From positions 1 to 41,179 of the forward strand of contig JBKJKY010000068.1 in NCBI GenBank assembly GCA_046597175.1: a stretch of DNA of 41,179 nt, written 5' to 3'. The number at the start of each line of letters is the position of its first letter. The stretch's first letter is position 1. The stretch is from Parcubacteria group bacterium. GTDB taxonomy: Bacteria > Patescibacteriota > Minisyncoccia > Phycocordibacterales > Zambryskibacteraceae. Below, in pieces: positions 9,243-16,713 of this stretch. A model generated the notes under the pieces. That model was not told the DNA's origin. It was given only the letters and a program-made list of their open reading frames with translations, and did no database searches. A program made the position numbers and the translations under genes.

Positions 9243-9698
9243 ATGAAAAAACTCATTCTATCATTCGTCGCCCTCCTTATCCTTTCAGTCAGCGCCCTGG
9301 CTGATCTGGATATCAAACGCGCTGCCGCGGTTGTTACAACCGGGTACGTGACCTCCTCGGCGATCACTTGCGACGATCATCAGATTACTCTAGAGGTTCG
9401 TGTCAGTGGCACGCCTGAGGCCGTGACATGCTCCCTCAAACCTCAGTGGTCGACCGATAACGTGAATTGGGTTGATGAGCCTGTCAGTATCACAGGAACA
9501 GCGACGGCCACGGAGCAACCTTACACTCGGCTTTCGAAGAGGTTCGATTTCTCTCTGAATGCTTCGGGCATCGTCTTCTCGGAGACGTTCAATCGGTGGG
9601 GAAATAATCGTTACTTCCGCGTCACCCTCAAAGGCGGATCTGCCACGACAACGGCACTCGTTGAAGTCGGACTCGGTGTGTCGAAAATTGCAAGGTAA
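9243..9698 (+). CDS. Hypothetical protein with an N-terminal Sec-type signal peptide
   Basis: MKKLILSFVALLILSVSALA/DL has a positive N-terminus, a hydrophobic core and an AxA site. Confidence 0.55.
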   Translation: MKKLILSFVALLILSVSALADLDIKRAAAVVTTGYVTSSAITCDDHQITLEVRVSGTPEAVTCSLKPQWSTDNVNWVDEPVSITGTATATEQPYTRLSKRFDFSLNASGIVFSETFNRWGNNRYFRVTLKGGSATTTALVEVGLGVSKIAR

Positions 9699-9703
9699 AA
9701 TCT

Positions 9704-10975
9704 ATGCGTTTAAAATTCATCGCTGCATTTCTATGCCTGACAGCTGCGGCTTTCGGGCAAAGCGTTTCCACCCCGTTTAATGCGGGTGGGCAAACCTCTT
9801 ACATCGTTCCTGCCGCCTCTGGTGGTGGATCCGGTGAAGTGAACACCGCGAGCAACCTGGGCGCTGGATACGGTTGGTACTATTCTAAATCAACTTTTGA
9901 TTTACAGTTTCGCAGTCTCCTTGTGACGGCACCTGTTACCGTAGCGACCAACGCAACGACGATCACGTTATCCATGCCTATTGCTACAGGCTCGGCAGAT
10001 GGGTACTTGGCGCAAGCGGACTGGACTACCTTCAACAATAAGGTGGGTACTACTCGATCAATCTCGACCACCGCTCCAATCACGGGCGGGGGAGACTTGT
10101 CGGCAAACCGTACTTTCGCAATGGCGGCGGCAACTACTTCGGTAGACGGATATCTCACGGCAGTTGATTGGACCACGTTTAACGCCAAGGCAGGGCTTGG
10201 CCTTAACAACACTTTCACGGGGAATAATACTTTTACGGGATTCACTCAAACAATCTCATCAAATCTCTTTCTCACCGCGCAAAGCAACGGCACGACCAAC
10301 TCTGTTTTCCGAATCGGAACGACAATGCCAAGCCCCGGTGGTAATTCGCTTATCGGCCTGTCGGTAACAAACGGATGGACAGGTGAATACATTGACATCT
10401 ATCGGAACAACTCGATCGTCTTTTACATCAGCCAAACTGGAGCAGTTAATTCATCGGGAGGTATGACAGCGACCTCATTTTCTGTTGGCAGCGCATCTAT
10501 CAATGCTATCTCCTGTAGCTTAGCCTCCTCCGGTGGGGAGGCTTACGTTCAGAACAACTCATCTGGCTCCAACTCTCGCCTTGGTATCTACGGTGGTGCC
10601 AACGCCAATAGTAGTGTTGGTATTTATGGATATAGTGGTGGAACGATTCCAGAGGTAAAAGTCACAGCCACCACCACCACCATTGGAACCAACGGCACGG
10701 CATTCACGGCAATCCGATGGGCGTCGGCTTCATTAACTTTCGCCACAGACCTAGTCCAAGGCACGTCCCAAGCGAATACAATCACCGTCGCCAACTGTGT
10801 CACCAACGACATGGTTATCACGGGATGGCCTACCGGAATGTCGGCCTATGGGGCCAACTCCACATGGAAAGCGTATGTCATTTCAAATGGATTTGTGAAC
10901 GTGGAGAGAACAGGAGTTGCTGCGGATACAACGGATATCACAGCCCAGTTCACTGTCGGCGTTGTTAGCCCTTAA
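9704..10975 (+). CDS. Tail-fibre-like or receptor-binding-like protein with a signal-peptide-like N-terminus
   Basis: 423 aa. The N-terminus is MRLKFIAAFLCLTAAAFG/QS. It carries the duplicated motif DGYLAQADWTTFNNK / DGYLTAVDWTTFNAK, typical of phage fibre repeats, and a Gly/Ser/Thr/Asn-rich body. Confidence 0.6.
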   Translation: MRLKFIAAFLCLTAAAFGQSVSTPFNAGGQTSYIVPAASGGGSGEVNTASNLGAGYGWYYSKSTFDLQFRSLLVTAPVTVATNATTITLSMPIATGSADGYLAQADWTTFNNKVGTTRSISTTAPITGGGDLSANRTFAMAAATTSVDGYLTAVDWTTFNAKAGLGLNNTFTGNNTFTGFTQTISSNLFLTAQSNGTTNSVFRIGTTMPSPGGNSLIGLSVTNGWTGEYIDIYRNNSIVFYISQTGAVNSSGGMTATSFSVGSASINAISCSLASSGGEAYVQNNSSGSNSRLGIYGGANANSSVGIYGYSGGTIPEVKVTATTTTIGTNGTAFTAIRWASASLTFATDLVQGTSQANTITVANCVTNDMVITGWPTGMSAYGANSTWKAYVISNGFVNVERTGVAADTTDITAQFTVGVVSP

Positions 10976-10978
10976 TTT

Positions 10979-11389
10979 ATGAAATACCTAATTGCTCTCA
11001 TTTTGTCAGTTGCATCCATCTCGCGCGGAGTTGAAGTCACTGTCGACGACACGACCCGAGTCGTGGTTGACGGAAGGCCCGTCGGCTCAGTCCACGATGC
11101 AAAGGAGAACCATAAGAGTCTCGCCTCGGCCATCGACGAGGCTTTGGTTGCCAAGCTGAAGGAATGCGCGAAAGAAAATCCAGCGTGCGCCAAGCAGCTT
11201 CTCGACCTCACGCTTTCCGAAAAGATCAAAGTTGACGAAGATCTTGAGGTGAAAATCACCGATGCATTCAACGAAGAGAAAGCCAAGCGTCTCACTGAAA
11301 TGCAAAAAGAAGCTGATGAACGGGCGGAAATTGCGGCAACCACTAAAGCTAAAAACGATGCGGTACAAGTTAACGCTGAAAATCCTTAA
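10979..11389 (+). CDS. Hypothetical protein with a signal-peptide-like N-terminus and a charged helical C-terminus
   Basis: The N-terminus is MKYLIALILSVASISRG. The rest is Lys/Glu/Ala-rich. Confidence 0.5.
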   Translation: MKYLIALILSVASISRGVEVTVDDTTRVVVDGRPVGSVHDAKENHKSLASAIDEALVAKLKECAKENPACAKQLLDLTLSEKIKVDEDLEVKITDAFNEEKAKRLTEMQKEADERAEIAATTKAKNDAVQVNAENP

Positions 11390-11448
11390 TCATATGGCCG
11401 ACCAGCAAAACCAACTCGGCAGGATCCCGAGGTAAGATTGAGATTACT

Positions 11449-11772
11449 ATGGCGACACACCAACACCGTAGATTTGATGACGAAGACGAAATTCCCCCGA
11501 AGAAAATAGAATCGGAGTTTTTTAAATTCAACCTTGCCCACATTGTCATCGTTGGTACGTGGCTCATTACGTTTGCCTATGGGTATGGCTCACTGAACAC
11601 TCGAGTATCGGCAAACGAAATCGTCCTCGCAAAACTCCAGGTAGACCGTACAGCTATTATCGAAAGGGCGAGCGAAGATCAAAAACGAATAGCCACGGAA
11701 ATGGCGACTCTCAACTCCAAGCTTTCCACCATCGGCAACGATGTTGAATGGCTCAAGAAAAACACAAAATAA
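11449..11772 (+). CDS. Membrane-anchored coiled-coil protein (lysis-cassette candidate, i-spanin-like topology)
   Basis: It has one TM segment (LAHIVIVGTWLITFAYGYG) followed by a predicted helical region, and sits upstream of the holin-like and endolysin genes. Confidence 0.45.
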   Translation: MATHQHRRFDDEDEIPPKKIESEFFKFNLAHIVIVGTWLITFAYGYGSLNTRVSANEIVLAKLQVDRTAIIERASEDQKRIATEMATLNSKLSTIGNDVEWLKKNTK

Positions 11773-11773
11773 T

Positions 11774-11962
11774 ATGTCTCTCATTACCCTAATCGCTACC
11801 CTTGTTGTTGTCGGCCTCATTCTTTGGGCGGTAAACACATACATCCCAATGGATGGCAAAATAAAGCAGATCCTCAATATCGTGGTCATCATTGTTGTGA
11901 TTCTGTGGCTCTTACAGGTGTTTGGGCTACTCCACTCTCTTGATAATGTTCGCATCCACTAA
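11774..11962 (+). CDS. Small two-TM membrane protein (holin candidate)
   Basis: The ATG at 11774 gives MSLITLIATLVVVGLILWAVN...IVVIIVVILWLLQVFGLL (62 aa, two hydrophobic helices). Confidence 0.5.
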   Translation: MSLITLIATLVVVGLILWAVNTYIPMDGKIKQILNIVVIIVVILWLLQVFGLLHSLDNVRIH

Positions 11963-11968
11963 CACCAA

Positions 11969-12640
11969 ATGAATAAACGCGCATGGCTACGCGGTCTCGA
12001 ATCAGCGGCAATCCTCGGCATCACCGATCCCACGGTGAACTTGCTTACCGACCCAACGAAGCTTGAGAATATAGAGACATGGAAGCACACGGCTTTGCTC
12101 GCGCTCGCGGGCCTTCTGGTGCGCGTGGCAATATTCGTGCGTACCAATCCAACGCCCGAGGATGATGTGCCTGCCGACAAGTTCACGCCTAAATTTCCTG
12201 TCAGCGCATTAGTGTTCGCCATGGGCTTGGCTTGCTTCACGGGATGCGCTACAACGCAGCAAGACGTCCATGACAGCCTTCCCATCATCACGAGTGCAAC
12301 GGAGATTGCCAGCGGTGTGGTGCTACAATTTGCGGTTAAGGACACGGCCACTCGCCAAGAGATTGCGGCTCAAATGTACGGCGTTGCCTCTGCGGTGCGC
12401 ACGCTATCAGGTGGTGCCGTTCCATCGGTGGAGCAGTTCAAAGCTACGATCCTTTCCTTCACCCCGAAATATCCACATTGGGTTGATTTGAGCGCGTCCT
12501 TGTCGAGCGTCTACGCAACCTACTTCGTGCAAATTAAAGGCGATCCAAAGCTAGCTCTCGAAGTGCTGGAAGCCATTGCACGGGGTGTGGAAAATGGAGC
12601 GGCGCGGATGGCTCCGCAGCCTCAACCCGTGGCTCCCTAA
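11969..12640 (+). CDS. Membrane protein, function unknown
   Basis: 223 aa with hydrophobic segments (ALLALAGLLVRVAIFV and VSALVFAMGLACFTGC, which contains an internal lipobox-like LACFTGC). Its stop overlaps the next start (TAATG). Confidence 0.5.
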   Translation: MNKRAWLRGLESAAILGITDPTVNLLTDPTKLENIETWKHTALLALAGLLVRVAIFVRTNPTPEDDVPADKFTPKFPVSALVFAMGLACFTGCATTQQDVHDSLPIITSATEIASGVVLQFAVKDTATRQEIAAQMYGVASAVRTLSGGAVPSVEQFKATILSFTPKYPHWVDLSASLSSVYATYFVQIKGDPKLALEVLEAIARGVENGAARMAPQPQPVAP

Positions 12641-12843
12641 TGGGTATCCTCGAATCCATCTCGGCAGGACTGAAGGCATTTGCGGCGTATTTCGGATGGG
12701 CTAAGGCGAGATCCGACCTTAACAACACGCCCGAGATGAAGGCGGCTGAAACAGCAAAAAAGGAATTGAAAGATGACGACGAAATATCTGAACAAGTGCG
12801 TGATGGGTCTGATGCTGATTGCAGGAACGATATTGCTCCTTAG
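12640..12843 (+). CDS. Small hypothetical protein; its 3' end overlaps the lipoprotein gene out of frame
   Basis: 67-aa ORF. It overlaps 12773..13234 by 71 nt, an arrangement reminiscent of overlapping spanin genes. Confidence 0.4.
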   Translation: MGILESISAGLKAFAAYFGWAKARSDLNNTPEMKAAETAKKELKDDDEISEQVRDGSDADCRNDIAP

Positions 12844-13234
12844 CGGTTGCGGTACGGTTTCCACGGTAACGCCTGACATCGAAATGCACGACCGCATTGC
12901 ACCTCCTGATTCCACGGCGCCGCAGCCATACGAAGGATGGTTACTGTATTCTTTATGGGACGATCAAGGTCGGAGGACGCACGCGATCATCTCAACGCAG
13001 GCGGCAGACAGGTATTGCGCCCTGGTTGACGATTACCAGCTACAGTATTACGCGAGGTATAAGGAGCGCGTCAGTCATTCCGATCTCACTTCATACATCA
13101 CCGTGGACGGGCATGAGGCTTTTAAGATGGACGCGCAGCACTTCGAGGCGTTCATTCGGCTGTCGCGCTGGAACAAGGCGCACAGGGAAACCGATTCAAT
13201 GTGGATGAAAATTAAGGACACTCTCACGTTATGA
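12773..13234 (+). CDS. Lipoprotein (o-spanin-like position, but unusually large)
   Basis: MTTKYLNKCVMGLMLIAGTILLLSGC has a lipobox (LSGC). Its stop overlaps the endolysin start. Confidence 0.6.
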   Translation: MTTKYLNKCVMGLMLIAGTILLLSGCGTVSTVTPDIEMHDRIAPPDSTAPQPYEGWLLYSLWDDQGRRTHAIISTQAADRYCALVDDYQLQYYARYKERVSHSDLTSYITVDGHEAFKMDAQHFEAFIRLSRWNKAHRETDSMWMKIKDTLTL

Positions 13235-13671
13235 TCACACTCTCTCATGCTGCAGCCATCACCAAATCCAAAATTGCCACGCTCAAGCCTGACTTTCAAA
13301 AAAAGGCTCACGACTGGTTTGAGGCTTGCGTCCAGGCGGGGCTTTTACCGTATGTTTACGAGGGGCTTCGCTCAAGGGAGCGTCAGAACGAACTTTACGC
13401 CCAAGGCCGAACAGCTCCAGGCAAGATTGTTACAAACGCGCAAGGCGGGCAAAGTTTCCATAATTACGGCTACGCTCTCGACTGGGTGCCACTCAAGCGG
13501 GTCGATAAGGCGGCGGATATGTACGAGGCAATGTGGGACGACGAAGCCTCATATGACAAGGGCAACGCTATTGCGCACGGATTAGGAATGCGGTCGCTTA
13601 GCTGGGAGACACCTCATCTTGAGGAGGCGAGCTTTGCTACTTGGCGTGAATTGAGTGAGGCGACAGCTTAG
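13231..13671 (+). CDS. Endolysin, peptidase M15 (VanY / L-Ala-D-Glu peptidase-like)
   Basis: Carries the motifs RSRERQNELYAQGR, VTNAQGGQSFHNYGYALD (H-x6-D) and a C-terminal His. Confidence 0.8.
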   Translation: MITLSHAAAITKSKIATLKPDFQKKAHDWFEACVQAGLLPYVYEGLRSRERQNELYAQGRTAPGKIVTNAQGGQSFHNYGYALDWVPLKRVDKAADMYEAMWDDEASYDKGNAIAHGLGMRSLSWETPHLEEASFATWRELSEATA

Positions 13672-13832
13672 GCTTGATATCTCTTGCGCTTCGTGCTTTC
13701 CTTTTTCTTCTCATCGATAGGGAACTTAGCCCATGTTAGGAAGTTGCCAAAATTAAAGCATGGTAACTGCGAGATCCTGTTCCACTGGTTCAGCTCATAG
13801 TGGATTGCTTCGATGAAATTTTGCTTATTCAC
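13668..13832 (-). CDS. Small hypothetical protein (54 aa, GTG start), not in the ORF track
   Basis: Hand-translated as VNKQNFIEAIHYELNQWNRISQLPCFNFGNFLTWAKFPIDEKKKESTKRKRYQA. The GTG overlaps the upstream stop (CTGTGA). The stop overlaps the endolysin stop on the other strand. Confidence 0.35.
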   Translation of the reverse strand: MNKQNFIEAIHYELNQWNRISQLPCFNFGNFLTWAKFPIDEKKKESTKRKRYQA

Positions 13833-14110
13833 AGCTTCCCCTTCAGCATATCGAACAACTGCATCGTCTTGCCGTTGTTGAGTAGATTCATCATGGACTG
13901 GATTTCGACGTGGGTGAAGGTGACCACGGTCATGGAGTCTTCAAGGTCTGAAATGTGAATGGCCTTTTCTTTTTTTGGATTGTCGCAACGCAAATCAGCC
14001 TCTTCCTTCGTGTAACGTCCCGCCTGCTTGACTTCCCCGGTATAGCCGCAACTGTTCGGCATCCACCACGCTTTGTGCTCTAACGACCAAATTAGATAAT
14101 CCTTGCTCAT
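13829..14110 (-). CDS. Hypothetical early protein
   Basis: 93-aa ORF coupled to the upstream gene by a 4-nt overlap. Confidence 0.55.
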   Translation of the reverse strand: MSKDYLIWSLEHKAWWMPNSCGYTGEVKQAGRYTKEEADLRCDNPKKEKAIHISDLEDSMTVVTFTHVEIQSMMNLLNNGKTMQLFDMLKGKL

Positions 14111-14526
14111 ACCTTCCCCTCCTCTGTGCGAAGCGGGGGCGGTTCAGTGGCGGGTTGCTGAATGGGTGAGAGGGCGATTTTGTCCGTTGCAAATCCATGT
14201 AGATGCAGGAGTTGCGTGGCCTCACTCCATTCCAGCTCAGGAATGTCGAACGCGTTAGCGAAAGTCCTAAGCGTATACAGAAGTCCTAAGCTTAGCTTCA
14301 GAGCCTCATCCTTCCTTACGCTATCTGCGCGTAGCAGGGTGAGTTCTTGGGAGTCGTGGCGGGTGTTCCAGTTGGTCTGTACGTCCTCTTGTAGAGATAC
14401 GGGGCCGCTTGCGTGGCAATTCACACAACGGCTTTGGAAGTAGCTCGTCTCTGGAAGGCTGTCGATTACCACTTTTAAGTATCCGCAAAACGGACACAGC
14501 TTCAGTTCATTGCTTGGTGTTGTCAT
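14107..14526 (-). CDS. Lar-like zinc-ribbon protein (restriction alleviation family) with a C-terminal extension
   Basis: Contains LKLCPFCG...RCVNCHASGP...NWNTR, the CxxC...CxxC plus WN.R pattern typical of the Lar family. Confidence 0.55.
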   Translation of the reverse strand: MTTPSNELKLCPFCGYLKVVIDSLPETSYFQSRCVNCHASGPVSLQEDVQTNWNTRHDSQELTLLRADSVRKDEALKLSLGLLYTLRTFANAFDIPELEWSEATQLLHLHGFATDKIALSPIQQPATEPPPLRTEEGKV

Positions 14527-14570
14527 AAATTATTTGAGCGGTTAACGAGACGCTCACTCGATTTTATTAT

Positions 14571-14714
14571 TTAGCAACCGGAACCGTAACCAGAACCGTA
14601 ACCGTAACCGTAACCGTCACCGGAACCGGCACCGTAACCGTCACCGGAACCGTTTCCTATGGAAGAAAAATTTTGCGAATCTTCCCCGATATTCACTAAC
14701 ATTTCGCGCTCCAT
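14571..14714 (-). CDS. Untracked 47-aa peptide with a C-terminal (Gly-X)x14 repeat
   Basis: Hand-translated as MEREMLVNIGEDSQNFSSIGNGSGDGYGAGSGDGYGYGYGSGYGSGC. The frame opens after a TGA at 14721-14723. ATGs lie at 14714 and 14702. It overlaps the 3' end of the upstream gene. It is encoded by 14 NNNACC hexamers (14574..14657). Confidence 0.5.
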   Translation of the reverse strand: MEREMLVNIGEDSQNFSSIGNGSGDGYGAGSGDGYGYGYGSGYGSGC

Positions 14715-15016
14715 TTCTCCTCATTCACGTCAATCATGCAGATGACTCCGTTTTCGTGGAAGCGAACCGTTCCAGCGTTATCCAGAACCGTATTTTTGGT
14801 AGGACCCTCAACTAATTCTCCAAGTCCTTTGGTCGTTCCCCACTGACGAATGCAGCTTGCGTTTTCCAGGGTGCATTTATCACCTTGTTGTGCGAATCGT
14901 CCCACAAAAACCCATCCACGTTGCAGGATGACGATTTTGATTGGACTGTTGCAATTTGAAGATCCTTTGAGCTTCTTCATTTCTACGTCGGACACTTCAA
15001 TTTCAATTTTAGGCAT
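14696..15016 (-). CDS. Conserved-looking hypothetical phage protein
   Basis: 106 aa. The block IVILQRGWVFVG...IRQWGTTKGLGEL resembles a widespread phage family of unknown function (from memory only). Confidence 0.6.
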   Translation of the reverse strand: MPKIEIEVSDVEMKKLKGSSNCNSPIKIVILQRGWVFVGRFAQQGDKCTLENASCIRQWGTTKGLGELVEGPTKNTVLDNAGTVRFHENGVICMIDVNEEKWSAKC

Positions 15017-15053
15017 ATTGTGTTTTGTTTATTCCGTCGTAATTGACGGGAAA

Positions 15054-15416
15054 TTATTTGAGTCCTTGGCCTTCTGTGAACGATACGCAGATGCAAGCTA
15101 TCCTGCTTTTATGGGCGACCACATCAGCAGAATGCTTCGAGTCATGCATAATACAGGAGGTGAGATCGCCCTTTAAGTCGCATAGATAAACATTCACCCA
15201 AAACCGATGCACCTTCCCCTTGGCCTTCGGCTTACTTGGGCGCGTGGCGGGGACAGGGCGGCGGATGCGCCAGCCAAGCCTTAGATTTAAGGCGATATCA
15301 TCACCGACGCTGTTGACAGCAGGACGCCATTCTCTACCAGCTCCGAATGGCATAACAAAATCCCCACGCTTAACCTTCCCTGTCTTCGGATAAATCCATT
15401 TAATTTTCGTGGTCAT
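15054..15416 (-). CDS. Hypothetical protein
   Basis: Starts at MTTKIKW (ATG 15416), overlapping the upstream stop (ATGA). The longer 156-aa track ORF is Arg-rich and unlikely to be real. Confidence 0.5.
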   Translation of the reverse strand: MTTKIKWIYPKTGKVKRGDFVMPFGAGREWRPAVNSVGDDIALNLRLGWRIRRPVPATRPSKPKAKGKVHRFWVNVYLCDLKGDLTSCIMHDSKHSADVVAHKSRIACICVSFTEGQGLK

Positions 15417-15613
15417 TTGGCGTCCTTCTGCTCGGCGGCGTTGATTGTTTCGATAGCAGCGCGTGCGATGCGTGCGGCGTGAGGTTCGTCGAAACGAGAT
15501 GTTACCTCTGAGCCTTCGCCCCATGCAGCAATGGTGCTCAATGCGTTAATACCTAATTGCAGCTTCTTGAGAGCGTCGGATACATCACGCTTGTCGGTGT
15601 TAGGGGTGGTCAT
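15413..15613 (-). CDS. Hypothetical protein
   Basis: 66-aa ORF within the operon. Confidence 0.5.
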   Translation of the reverse strand: MTTPNTDKRDVSDALKKLQLGINALSTIAAWGEGSEVTSRFDEPHAARIARAAIETINAAEQKDAK

Positions 15614-15665
15614 AATTGTTTCTCCGTTGGTACGACTCCGACTAATGGTTTGTATTTTTTGGGGT

Positions 15666-16400
15666 TCATTTGGATTCCTTAAATTCCTCTTCGCAAAGGT
15701 GCAACCACTTACAACCAGGGCTTTTCAACTCAATAAGACATTCCAGACAGATATCTGCCATGAGTGTTAATACTTCATCGATGGCGTTGGCGTTGGCGTT
15801 GGCGTAGGCGATGGCGATGGCGTTGGCGTTGGCGTAGGCGTTGGCGTTGGCGTAGTCGTTGGCGATGGCGATGGCGATGGCGTTGGCGTAGGCGATGGCG
15901 CAGGCGTAGTCGTTGGCGTTGGCGATGGCGATGGCGTAGTCGTTGGCGTTTTTTAATTGTTTATGAGCTGCAAGGAAGTCCGTCGCCGTCTCGCATATCA
16001 CCGCCGCCTTTTCTATTAAGAGATTTTCCTCATCCTTTTTTGTGAAATCCTTCATCTTGCGGAATAGGACGGGCATCATTTTTTGCATAGTTTTCAATAC
16101 CAGAAGTTCACGGAAAGTTTTCTGGTCGAGTTCATCACTTCCGAGTTGGGCAATGGCGATCTTCCTCAACCCTTTGGCTCGCGCAGCATCGCTGGACCAA
16201 TCGCAATCGTTGAGGTTGATTTTAAACCTTCTAACGTCTGACCCCACGCATTTAGGTTCATCACCATGAGGTAGTCCAAGCGCGAAACAAACAGCGGCCT
16301 CAACGCACATCTTGCCTGGCTCAGGCTCTCCCACTCCTTTAACTAACCCGTGATCTAGTAGACGGTTGATTTTAGTGACTAGTTTTTTTGTTATTTTCAT
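15666..16400 (-). CDS. Hypothetical protein with a Cys-containing N-terminal domain and an (Ala-X)x28 repeat
   Basis: ATG at 16400 (the track start at 16403 is TTG). The N-terminus carries the GKMCVEAAVCFALGLPHGDEPKCV motif. Nt 15780..15947 are 28 hexamers encoding 12 AN, 9 AI, 3 AY, 3 DY and 1 AC. Confidence 0.7.
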   Translation of the reverse strand: MKITKKLVTKINRLLDHGLVKGVGEPEPGKMCVEAAVCFALGLPHGDEPKCVGSDVRRFKINLNDCDWSSDAARAKGLRKIAIAQLGSDELDQKTFRELLVLKTMQKMMPVLFRKMKDFTKKDEENLLIEKAAVICETATDFLAAHKQLKNANDYAIAIANANDYACAIAYANAIAIAIANDYANANAYANANAIAIAYANANANAIDEVLTLMADICLECLIELKSPGCKWLHLCEEEFKESK

Positions 16401-16573
16401 CAATTATTCTCCTCCATAATTTCAATCTGCTCCATCAAATCCGCAATCGCGTCGGCTTCGGTCGCTCCTGAGCCGTGCAATTTTCCGTCCATGTCGTTGT
16501 CCGTGTCCACGGCGATCCAGTCCCAGCCACGGGGATGGATAGGCTTGGGGTCGTAGGTTGTTTTGATGTTCAT
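16400..16573 (-). CDS. Small hypothetical protein (57 aa), not in the track
   Basis: Hand-translated as MNIKTTYDPKPIHPRGWDWIAVDTDNDMDGKLHGSGATEADAIADLMEQIEIMEENN. Both its start and its stop overlap neighbouring genes. Confidence 0.5.
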   Translation of the reverse strand: MNIKTTYDPKPIHPRGWDWIAVDTDNDMDGKLHGSGATEADAIADLMEQIEIMEENN

Positions 16574-16701
16574 GATTTCCTCCGTCCGTGATGCTTTCTA
16601 AGCCAATCGAAAAACGTCATTCCCGTGTCTGATTTAAGATAATTCCGATATCGTTGCTGGCTACGCGTTGGTTTCGGGTCGTAGGTTGTTTTAATGTTCA
16701 T
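16570..16701 (-). CDS. Small ORF (43 aa) sharing its first 11 codons with the next gene; possible truncated paralogue
   Basis: Hand-translated as MNIKTTYDPKPTRSQQRYRNYLKSDTGMTFFDWLRKHHGRRKS. A 27-nt direct repeat with 2 mismatches links 16675-16701 to 16547-16573. Confidence 0.3.
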   Translation of the reverse strand: MNIKTTYDPKPTRSQQRYRNYLKSDTGMTFFDWLRKHHGRRKS

Positions 16702-16713
16702 TTACTTTATATA

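Noticed and set aside
15764-16045. A + strand ORF encoding an RWRWRW repeat
   Set aside because: It is a mirror-frame artefact of the GGCGWW hexamer array, antisense to the 245-aa gene, which has well-formed non-repeat domains.
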